This document shows positions 21,534 to 29,299 of a DNA stretch of 31,439 bases, in pieces. The notes below the pieces were generated by a model that saw only the letters and a program-made list of their open reading frames with translations, searched no databases and was not told the DNA's origin. This DNA comes from Chthoniobacterales bacterium (lineage in GTDB: Bacteria; Verrucomicrobiota; Verrucomicrobiia; Chthoniobacterales; Chthoniobacteraceae): the NCBI GenBank assembly GCA_038207335.1, contig JBBQZX010000038.1:1-31439 (forward strand), in the 5' to 3' direction. The position numbers were made by a program, and so were the translations under genes. How positions within the stretch are numbered: position 1 is the stretch's first letter; each line of letters starts with the position of its first letter.

Positions 21534-21749
21534 GAGGAGGCGGAGGGGGATCTAGGAGGTCGGCGCATGGACATCAAGGTGAATCCCGAGATGACCCTGG
21601 CTCCGGAGAGGCCGATGGGCGTTCAGCCCACGGTGAGTTAGACATCTAGACGGCGAGGAAAGCGGTTCGCGCGATTGACCGTGGGTGAGCCTGCGCTCAG
21701 CTTCCGACCCGTCAGAGCACCCACTCCGTTCGCCTTTTCGCACCTCGAC

Positions 21750-23507
21750 ATGAATACAGAAACGCTCCCGTCAGAATCCCACCAAAAACCCCTTCGGATG
21801 TGGCCGGCGCTGGTGCTCATGGCGATCATCGTTCTTTGCCGATACGTGCCCGGCTTCATCGAAGGCGCGAGCAGTCAGTTTTGGTATGTGCCGGTGTTCT
21901 TTCCGTTGCTCGCCAGTGTGCTGATCCTGATCTGGTGGCTGGCGGGGAGCCGCGCCACAGGGCGCGAGAAGCTCATGGGCTTCTTCGGGTTCCTCCTGGC
22001 GTTGGCGGTGATCGTGTTGCTGAGCCATCCCACCATGCGAGGGCTGATCACCACCTATCTGACGGTGCCGCTCGGAGTGACTGGCTTTGGACTCGGCGCT
22101 TTCGGCAGTCGCTACCAGCCATCGAATCAGCGCGTTCGTGCCGTGCTGATCGGGGCCGTGCTGGCGATGTCCATCACCATGCTTTTGCAAAGCTATGGAA
22201 TCACCGGCGCCTATGTGTTTGAGCTGCATTCGCGCTGGTCTCCGGCCCCGGGCGCGGGTTCGTGGACCAAAGTCGCTCCGGCGACGGCAGAGAGCGCAGG
22301 CGCAGCAATCGAAACAGCAATCGAAACAGCAATCGCCACGGCCGAATGGCCCGGATTCCGCGGAGCGGATCGCCTGGGACACACCAAGGCGCCCAATCTG
22401 GCGACGGACTGGCAGGCGAATCCGCCGAAGTTGCTTTGGAAAAAACCCGTCGGCGCAGGCTGGTCGTCGTTTGCGGTCGCGGGACCATTCGCCTTTACGC
22501 AGGAGCAACGCGGGCCCAACGAAGTCGTGGCCTGCTACGAGGTCGCCACGGGCAATGAGGTCTGGACGCAGCAACGCGAGGCCCGGTTCGACGAACCGAT
22601 GGGCGGCCCCGGTCCGCGCGCCACACCGACGCTGGCCGATGGCGCGGTATTCGTCACGAGTGCCTCGGGAATGCTGCAACGCTTGAAGGCGAGCACGGGC
22701 GAAGTGGTGTGGCAGCAGGATTTCAAAAGTCTCAGCGGGCGCGCGGCGCCTCCCATGTGGGGCTACGCGGCCTCGCCGCTGGTGACCAACTCACTGGTCA
22801 TCATCTACGCCGGTGGTGCGGGCGACAAAGGAATCATGGGCTTCGACGCCGCGAGCGGGCAACCCAAGTGGTCCGTGGCTTGCGGCCCCGAATCGTATAG
22901 CTCGCCCCAACTCAGCAAGGTTCTCGGCGAAGATACGCTCTTGATGCTGACCAACGATGGCTTGCTCCTGCTCGATCCCGCCACCGGCAAGGTGCGGCTG
23001 AACTACGAGTGGAAGTTTCAAGGTTACCGCGCGCTGCAACCGACGGTCATCGGCGAGGACGTGATCTTGCTGCCCACTCCGATGTCGGAAGGCACGCGCG
23101 CGATTCGCGTGAGCAAGAAGGGCGAGCAACTCGCGGCCGAAGAACTCTGGACCTCGAAGCAGTTGAGGACCGACTTTTCCGAACTCATTGCGCATCACGG
23201 TTATCTCTACGGCATCGATGGCTCATTGTTCAGTTGCATCGATCTCAAGACCGGCACGCGCGCATGGAAAGGTGGGCGCTACGGCAAAGGCCAGGCGCTG
23301 CTCCTGGAGTCATCCGACCAGATCTTGATTGCCGCGGAGGACGGTCGCATCGTCCTGCTGCAATCCGATCCCGCGGCGCACAAGGAGATCACTTCCTTCC
23401 AGGCGCTCCAGGGCAAGACGTGGAATCATCCCGCGCTCGTCGGCGACAAGCTGCTCGTACGCAATGCCACCGAAGCCGCGTGCTATGCGCTGCCCGTAGT
23501 GCCTTGA
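21750..23507 (+). CDS. Membrane protein with N-terminal TM helices and PQQ-like/BamB beta-propeller
   Basis: About 5 hydrophobic segments, then WPGFRG, GWSSF, GPRATPT, GYAASP, SYSSP and KTWNHP propeller motifs. Confidence 0.88.
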   Translation: MNTETLPSESHQKPLRMWPALVLMAIIVLCRYVPGFIEGASSQFWYVPVFFPLLASVLILIWWLAGSRATGREKLMGFFGFLLALAVIVLLSHPTMRGLITTYLTVPLGVTGFGLGAFGSRYQPSNQRVRAVLIGAVLAMSITMLLQSYGITGAYVFELHSRWSPAPGAGSWTKVAPATAESAGAAIETAIETAIATAEWPGFRGADRLGHTKAPNLATDWQANPPKLLWKKPVGAGWSSFAVAGPFAFTQEQRGPNEVVACYEVATGNEVWTQQREARFDEPMGGPGPRATPTLADGAVFVTSASGMLQRLKASTGEVVWQQDFKSLSGRAAPPMWGYAASPLVTNSLVIIYAGGAGDKGIMGFDAASGQPKWSVACGPESYSSPQLSKVLGEDTLLMLTNDGLLLLDPATGKVRLNYEWKFQGYRALQPTVIGEDVILLPTPMSEGTRAIRVSKKGEQLAAEELWTSKQLRTDFSELIAHHGYLYGIDGSLFSCIDLKTGTRAWKGGRYGKGQALLLESSDQILIAAEDGRIVLLQSDPAAHKEITSFQALQGKTWNHPALVGDKLLVRNATEAACYALPVVP

Positions 23508-23509
23508 TC

Positions 23510-23652
23510 CAATCCAAGGAAGCGGAATGCCGCCACTGCGGGCGCTGCCGTGACTGGAAAAGCTGGAGCTGATCGACCGCTTGCGCGAGCGATATCTTTC
23601 GCTCCAGCGGATGCAACTGTGCGCGGTAGCAGCACGCTTGGCGGAGAGTTAA
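23510..23652 (+). pseudogene. Decayed copy of a tiny helical ORF (paralog of 24238-24400)
   Basis: QSKEAECR(fs)LRALP*LEKLELIDRLRERYLSLQRM; 1-nt deletion and TGG>TGA relative to copy 2. Confidence 0.55.
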
Positions 23653-23670
23653 AACCGGAATTCTGTTTCG

Positions 23671-24156
23671 TCACCCGCGGCGGGCGGCCTCGATCTTGGC
23701 GACGTCGATTTTGCCCATCTCCATCATCGCGGTGAAGGCGCGCTTGGCTTCCTCCCCGCCGGCGGCGATCGCCTCGGTCAGGACGCGCGGAGTGATTTGC
23801 CATGAGAGGCCCCAGCGGTCCTGGCACCAGCCGCACTCGCTCGCTTCCCCGCCGTTGTCGATAATGGCGTTCCAGTAGCGGTCGGTCTCCTCCTGGGTAT
23901 CGGTTGCGATCTGGAAGGAGAAGGCGCAGCTGTGTTTGAACTGCGGCCCGCCGTTGATGCCGGCGCAGGGAATGCCGAGGATCGTGAACTCGACGATGAG
24001 GATGTCGCCAGCTTTGCCCGATGGATAGTCGCTGGGCGCGTGGTGGACCGCCGTCACTTCGCTCTCCGGAAACGTGGACGCATAAAAGCGCGCCGCGTCG
24101 AGGGCATCCTTATCGAACCACAGGCAAACGGTGTTTTTGGAAGTCGTCGTTTTCAT
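23671..24156 (-). CDS. VOC family / 3-demethylubiquinone-9 3-methyltransferase-like (PhnB-like) protein
   Basis: CLWFD..A..AARFY, NGGPQF, QEETDRYW, CGWCQDRWGLSWQITP, AMMEMGKIDVA. Confidence 0.92.
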   Translation of the reverse strand: MKTTTSKNTVCLWFDKDALDAARFYASTFPESEVTAVHHAPSDYPSGKAGDILIVEFTILGIPCAGINGGPQFKHSCAFSFQIATDTQEETDRYWNAIIDNGGEASECGWCQDRWGLSWQITPRVLTEAIAAGGEEAKRAFTAMMEMGKIDVAKIEAARRG

Positions 24157-24237
24157 CGAGTTAATTTCTTCCGCTCCGGTTCAGCGTGGAAGCCCAAAGA
24201 CGTTTGGCATTTCTGGTTTCCGAAGTCTCCTCCAGCC

Positions 24238-24400
24238 GTGAACCCCGAACTTCAGCGCATCAGCCAAGCCAATGAAGCGGAACGCCGCCGCCGGCGCGCG
24301 CTGCCGTGGCTGGAAAAACTGGCGATGCTCGACCGGTTGCGCGACGGGCACCTTTCGCTCCGGAGGATGTGCCCCGCGCCCTGCGGCGACGCGCTTAACG
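24238..24400 (+). pseudogene. Tiny helical ORF (GTG start), apparently lacking its own stop; second copy
   Basis: MNPELQRISQANEAERRRRRALPWLEKLAMLDRLRDGHLSLRRM; 85/105 nt identical by hand alignment to 23510-23613; the frame runs on antisense into adh. Confidence 0.5.
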
Positions 24401-24408
24401 GCAAGGCA

Positions 24409-25476
24409 TCACGCCGTCTTCTGCTCCGCCTTGAGCGTCGCCATGTCGATGACGAAACGGTATTTCACGTCGCTCCTGGCCACGCGTTCCCATGCTTGAT
24501 TGATGTCCTGCATCGAGGTCATTTCGATCTCGGGCTGGACGTCGTGCTCGGCGCAGAAATCGAGCATTTCCTGGGTTTCTTTGATGCCGCCGATGGCGGA
24601 GCCAGCGAGGGAACGGCGTTGCATGAGAAGCGGGAAAACTTGGGGCGAAGGATGCGGCGTGGCGGGAGCGCCGACCAGGACCATGGTGCCGTCGAGTTTC
24701 AGTAGATTGATGAAGGGGTCGAGGTTGTGCGAGGCGGCGACGGTGTTGACGATGAGGTCGAGCTGGCCGGCGTATTTCGCCATTTCTTCTTCGTTTTTGG
24801 AAATGACCACTTCATCGGCACCGAGCTTTTTGCCATCGGCAACCTTGTCGGGCGAGGTGGTGAAGAGGATGACTTTCGCGCCCATGGCGTGGGCGAGCTT
24901 TACACCCATGTGGCCGAGACCGCCGAGACCGACAATGCCGACGGTCTTTCCCGGACCGGCGTGCCAGTGGCGCAGGGGTGAGTAAGTGGTGATGCCCGCG
25001 CAAAGAAGCGGCGCGGCTTTGGCCGGATCGAGGCTGGCGGGGACGCGCAGGACGTAGTTTTCATCCACGACGATGACGGTGGAATAACCGCCCTGCGTCC
25101 GATCGCCGGTTTGTTTCTCGACGCCCATGTAGGTGCCCGACATGCCTTCGATGCAGTAGTTCTCGAGGTCCGCCTGGCAGTTTTCGCAATGGCGGCAGCT
25201 TTCGACGATGCACCCGACGCCGACGACGTCTCCGATCTTGTGTTTAGTCACGTTTTTTCCGATCTGCACGACCTTGCCGACGATTTCGTGCCCGACGACT
25301 TGCGGATACGTGACCGGCATCCATTCGCTGCGCGCATAGTGCAAATCGGAATGGCAGACGCCGCAAAACAGGATGTCGATCTGCACATCGCCGTCGCCGA
25401 CCTCGCGACGCTGGAAGTCCCAGGATTTGAGCGGAGATTTCGGGTCGAAGGAGGCGTAGGAATGGGCGTCGATCAT
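24409..25476 (-). CDS. Zn-dependent NAD(P)-dependent alcohol dehydrogenase (cinnamyl-ADH/YahK-like)
   Basis: CGVCHSD, GHEIVG, CRHCENC...C, APLLCAGITTYSPL, GLGGLGHMG, DVKYRFVID. Confidence 0.95.
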   Translation of the reverse strand: MIDAHSYASFDPKSPLKSWDFQRREVGDGDVQIDILFCGVCHSDLHYARSEWMPVTYPQVVGHEIVGKVVQIGKNVTKHKIGDVVGVGCIVESCRHCENCQADLENYCIEGMSGTYMGVEKQTGDRTQGGYSTVIVVDENYVLRVPASLDPAKAAPLLCAGITTYSPLRHWHAGPGKTVGIVGLGGLGHMGVKLAHAMGAKVILFTTSPDKVADGKKLGADEVVISKNEEEMAKYAGQLDLIVNTVAASHNLDPFINLLKLDGTMVLVGAPATPHPSPQVFPLLMQRRSLAGSAIGGIKETQEMLDFCAEHDVQPEIEMTSMQDINQAWERVARSDVKYRFVIDMATLKAEQKTA

Positions 25477-25670
25477 AGGTCGTGGATGAGAGTTGGTTTA
25501 GCTGAATGATACGATTTGGAGCTGCTGGAGCGACCAGAAATCGTCAGCGAGCCACAACAACTGGGCGTTCCCGTTCCGACGTGTCGAATATTTTGTACGC
25601 ATCTCGCGTGAAGCGCCGAGTTCCTGAGTCCGGGCCTCGCGTTCCCAGTTCGTCCGAAGCAGCTGGCCGG

Positions 25671-26447
25671 TCAGGCTTTCGCGCTTTTGCCGAGCTTTAG
25701 CTCGATGCCGATCGGGCAGTGATCGGAACCCATCACTTCGGGATAAATCTTTGCGGACTTGATCTTCGTTTTCAACGCCGCCGAGCAGAGAAAGTAATCG
25801 ATGCGCCAGCCGATATTCCGCGCGCGGGCGCCGGTCATCACGCTCCACCAAGTGTAGTGCCCGCCATCTTTCTGGAATACGCGAAAAGTATCCACGAACC
25901 CCGCGTCCACGAACGCCGAAAACCCCGCGCGTTCCTCCGGCGTGAAGCCGTGCGTCTTCACGTTGACCTTTGGCCGCGCGAGATCGATCTCCGTGTGCGC
26001 CACGTTCAGATCGCCGCACCAGAGCACCGGCTTCGTCGCCTCCAGCCTCTGGAGATACGCGAGAAGATCACGGTCCCACTGTTGGCGATACGGCAACCGC
26101 GTCAGCTCGCGCTTCGAGTTCGGCACATAGATATTCACGAGGAAAAAATCCGTATATTCCGCCGTGATCACGCGCCCCTCCTGATCGTGCTCGCCGATGC
26201 CGAGGCCATAGGTCACCGCCACCGGCGGCGTCTTCGTGAAAATCACCGTCCCCGAGTACCCCTTCTTCACGGCCGAATTCCAAAACGCCGTGTATTCCGC
26301 CAGCGACTCCGGCACCACCACCTGATCCGGCGAAGCCTTCGTCTCCTGCAAACAAACGATGTCCGGCTGCTCACGATGGATGAAATCCTCGAACCCCTTC
26401 TTCAAGACCGCGCGGATGCCATTCACGTTCCAAGAGATGATTTTCAT
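25671..26447 (-). CDS. xth: Exodeoxyribonuclease III / AP endonuclease
   Basis: [43 protein letters not shown] and GSDHCP motifs. Confidence 0.96.
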   Translation of the reverse strand: MKIISWNVNGIRAVLKKGFEDFIHREQPDIVCLQETKASPDQVVVPESLAEYTAFWNSAVKKGYSGTVIFTKTPPVAVTYGLGIGEHDQEGRVITAEYTDFFLVNIYVPNSKRELTRLPYRQQWDRDLLAYLQRLEATKPVLWCGDLNVAHTEIDLARPKVNVKTHGFTPEERAGFSAFVDAGFVDTFRVFQKDGGHYTWWSVMTGARARNIGWRIDYFLCSAALKTKIKSAKIYPEVMGSDHCPIGIELKLGKSAKA

Positions 26448-26512
26448 GCGCGCAAGAACGTCACGAAATGCTTGTTACAGCAAGCAGGAGAAAACAGACC
26501 GTCGTCGCGATA

Positions 26513-26743
26513 ATCGGTGCAAGCCACGAGATCACGAGCTTCAAAGGCCTCGGCGAAATCTCCGCCGGCGAGTTCAAGGATTTCATCGGCAAAAACATCC
26601 GCCTCGACCCGGTGAACCTCCACCACCTCCACAGCAGCGACGAACTGCTCTCCTTCTTCATGGGCAAAAACACCCCCGACCGCCAGGGCTTCATTATCGC
26701 CAACCTGCGCGTGGAAAAAGATCTGGTGGAAGCGGTGGCGTGA
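26513..26743 (+). pseudogene. parE: Orphan 3' fragment of DNA topoisomerase IV subunit B
   Basis: [28 protein letters not shown]...[21 protein letters not shown] matches the C-terminal ~75 aa of PVC/Bacteroidota-type ParE ([12 protein letters not shown]...YMGKNTPER); no upstream portion is present. Confidence 0.8.
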
Positions 26744-26755
26744 GGCTGTCGCACA

Positions 26756-28411
26756 TCACACAGATGGAAAAGCAAGTGCTTCCGCCAGGTCCCTCGTTTG
26801 CGGAAAATCCCCCGGTTTGAAATTGGTTCGAAGTGAACGCATCAAGGCGTCGCCATTCTTGCAGCCTGCCAAGGGTGAAAGCTCATTCAAAAGCTCTTTT
26901 CCCGGCAGAAATTGCAAAGCGGCCATTATGTCTTTTCTATCGATTGCTGTTTGAATGGTGGCCAGCACCGCATCAAAATCGGACTCCAGTTTTGATTCCG
27001 AAGTGAACTCAATCGCCTTCGTTCGCTCATCGGATGCGGCATCCTTTATCGCAGACAGCATCTCATCTCGTGTTTTCGAGGCCGCGAGCAGTTTCTTTGT
27101 GACGCTAATGCCCAGCTTTAAGTTCTTCTCGAAAAATAGACGCTTTGCGGCGACCACTAATTTATCTCGATTCAGCATTTCAAGAATTCGATCTTCAACA
27201 ATGGAAGAAGTCAGTGGCATGTCCATCGACCCAATTCGCGTAGCAACCGCCGTGATAATTGCAGGGATACAAAGATAGGATTCGGCTTCATGAAGTGTCA
27301 GCCCTTTCACGCTAGTTGAAATTAGTGACTTCAAATATTCCTCACTGCGAAAGTCCATATCGATCACACCAAGCATCCCAATTTTGGAAGTGATCTTATC
27401 CCACAAACCAGACTTGTTAATAATCGGCAACACCTCCGTGCAACCGCCGGCAGGATAGATTTCAACCTCTGTATCCGACAGCAACCACCGGTAAAAAATT
27501 GAATCGAAGGACTTCTCATGGCCCTCTGTGACTAGAACACGGTTGGCGGTAAGAAAGCCAGGAATGGCGCCAAGAAACGTTGAGACTTCTGATCTCGGCA
27601 GACTTTCGAGTCCTGTAAATTCTTCCAGGTGATCCGCGTTGCTGCTCAGCACGTAGACCTTCTCGACGTTCCGCCTCAACGCGAAGCTTATGCTGTGGGT
27701 CGCATATATGAATGTTTTGTCTGGAAATTCATTTTCTATGAGAGTCCAAAGACGCGCTGCCAAATCCGGATGCAGATTCAATTCCGGCTCGTCGGCGATG
27801 ATGAGTGTTTGATCGTCCGCTAACTCAATCAAGTCAGCTAAAATAGAGAACACTTGTTTTTCTCCATCAGAGAAATGTGAAGGCCCATATTCCTGTCCCT
27901 TCTGCTGGGCGACGAGTGTCTTGTTTTTCTGACTGTATGACAAAGCGATGCCCGGAAAGATCTCGGTGAAGAGGGCAAACAATCGTTCGAGCGGCGGAAG
28001 CGGACGCGTAGGGCATTTACCGGGCGACCCACTCGCTATCCATTTCTCAACAGTATCCGAGTGTTGCGCTTTGATCTCCGCGTCGCGTTTGTCGAGGACA
28101 ATGAGTGCATCGAGAACGCGACCCGCCAGCTTCTTGTCCCTCTTCTGTTCGTAGTGCTTTTCAGCCCCCTCCATTGTCATATAATTTCCGACTTGGGGAC
28201 CCTCGGGTTGAACAACATCTTTAATCACCATGGTGCGCCCCCCTTCAATATAGATGACCTTTCTTCGCTGGTTCGTGCCCTTTTGGTCTACGCCCGCTTT
28301 CTTTAGCTCCTCTAGCAGCTTTGATTTCCCTGAGCCGTTCGCTCCGAGAATGACGTTGATCCGTTTGAACACGAATTCGTGGTTCGGGAATCTAGGAGAA
28401 ACGTGTTTCAT
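26756..28411 (-). CDS. ABC/AAA_21-type ATPase fused to TOPRIM (DUF4435/OLD-like) nuclease; candidate anti-phage protein
   Basis: GANGSGKS, FSDGEKQ, ADEPELNLHP, ATHS; TOPRIM VTEG..SFD..FY, GVIDMD, EAESYL; visibly AT-richer than flanks. Confidence 0.85.
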   Translation of the reverse strand: MKHVSPRFPNHEFVFKRINVILGANGSGKSKLLEELKKAGVDQKGTNQRRKVIYIEGGRTMVIKDVVQPEGPQVGNYMTMEGAEKHYEQKRDKKLAGRVLDALIVLDKRDAEIKAQHSDTVEKWIASGSPGKCPTRPLPPLERLFALFTEIFPGIALSYSQKNKTLVAQQKGQEYGPSHFSDGEKQVFSILADLIELADDQTLIIADEPELNLHPDLAARLWTLIENEFPDKTFIYATHSISFALRRNVEKVYVLSSNADHLEEFTGLESLPRSEVSTFLGAIPGFLTANRVLVTEGHEKSFDSIFYRWLLSDTEVEIYPAGGCTEVLPIINKSGLWDKITSKIGMLGVIDMDFRSEEYLKSLISTSVKGLTLHEAESYLCIPAIITAVATRIGSMDMPLTSSIVEDRILEMLNRDKLVVAAKRLFFEKNLKLGISVTKKLLAASKTRDEMLSAIKDAASDERTKAIEFTSESKLESDFDAVLATIQTAIDRKDIMAALQFLPGKELLNELSPLAGCKNGDALMRSLRTNFKPGDFPQTRDLAEALAFPSV

Positions 28412-28424
28412 TGTGGGTTAGGGC

Positions 28425-28853
28425 CTATTTCCGGTCTTCATTTGGCGTCAGTGTCGGGATGACCAACCGACCGAGGCGGCGATAGATGTGGAAATCGAAG
28501 TCGAGGGTCCAGACGCGGGGCTTGTCGTGGAGTTCGGCGAGGCGGACGAGGCAGGCGTCGGCGAGGGACATCGGTTGGTCGCGGTAACGGCGTATGAGCT
28601 GGCGGAGTGGGGCGAGTTCGCTCTCGACGGAGAAGGCGATGTTGAGCACGCCGCGTTCGATCAGCGCCAGCAGCGGGTCGGTGTCGCAGCCGTGGCGGCG
28701 CAGGATGTGCGCGGCTTCGGCGAGCACGGGTTCGCAGGTAAGCAGCGGCGGACGGAGCGTCGCCATCGTCTCGCACGCCCAGCGGTGATGCTGCGCTCCT
28801 CGGACGAGGAAGGCGACGAGCGGCCCGGTGTCGGCGATGACGACTTCTCTCAC
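28425..28853 (-). CDS. vapC: PIN-domain toxin (VapC family)
   Basis: VIADTGPLVA, TCEPVLAEA, MSLADACLV, WTLDFDFHIYR; GTG start overlaps the antitoxin stop (GTGA). Confidence 0.92.
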   Translation of the reverse strand: MREVVIADTGPLVAFLVRGAQHHRWACETMATLRPPLLTCEPVLAEAAHILRRHGCDTDPLLALIERGVLNIAFSVESELAPLRQLIRRYRDQPMSLADACLVRLAELHDKPRVWTLDFDFHIYRRLGRLVIPTLTPNEDRK

Positions 28854-29089
28854 TGGCCGAAGTCGTCGAGGTATTTCGGGTTTGTGGCGATATCGCTCGG
28901 TCCCTTGAGGCAGCCCGCCAAGTCACCCGCGAGGTCGAGACACGAGGCCGCGCGATTTTTGCTCGGAGTGAGCAGCATCTGCTCGACACACTCGCGAATC
29001 ACGGCGGACTTCGACGTGCGCCGTCGCTGCGCTTCTTCCGCCAACCGCGAGTCGAGCGTATCAGGGACTTTGAGCGAGATGGTCGTCAT
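28850..29089 (-). CDS. vapB: CopG/ribbon-helix-helix antitoxin (VapB-like)
   Basis: MTTISLKVPDTLDSRL...RRTSKSAVIRE (RHH); C-terminal GCLKGPSDIATNPKYLDDFG. Confidence 0.88.
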   Translation of the reverse strand: MTTISLKVPDTLDSRLAEEAQRRRTSKSAVIRECVEQMLLTPSKNRAASCLDLAGDLAGCLKGPSDIATNPKYLDDFGQ

Positions 29090-29095
29090 GTTCGG

Positions 29096-29127
29096 AAGGT
29101 ATTACGCACGCTGCATTCTGGCAATAC
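29096..29127 (-). promoter_or_regulatory. sigma70-type promoter of vapBC with overlapping imperfect inverted-repeat operator
   Basis: -35 TTGCCA (29124-29119), 17 bp, -10 TACCTT (29101-29096), 6 nt before ATG; GTATTAC...GCAATAC half-sites overlap the two boxes. Confidence 0.6.
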
Positions 29128-29299
29128 TGGAAGTTTGAGGACGATTCTCGCGGCGACTTATCGGAGTGCGTGAATCACGTCGCTGCTTACCTTGAATGGC
29201 GATGACTTCGCGGTCTTTGGGGAGTTTTCGTGCGTCGGAGTTGCTTGAAGTTCAATCAGATGTCAGAGGCGAGAAAAGCACGGCCCTCTCGCCGCACGC

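Noticed and set aside
22302..22336. 12-bp tandem repeat (GCAATCGAAACA; AIETAIETAIAT)
   Set aside because: Real, but an in-frame linker duplication with no phase-variation potential.
25480..25670. Possible third copy of the tiny helical ORF
   Set aside because: No nucleotide alignment with the 23510/24265 copies could be made by eye.
29130..29295. Possible gene remnant between the PQQ gene and vapB
   Set aside because: No frame gave a recognisable motif; only a small hairpin near 29267-29293, possibly a terminator.
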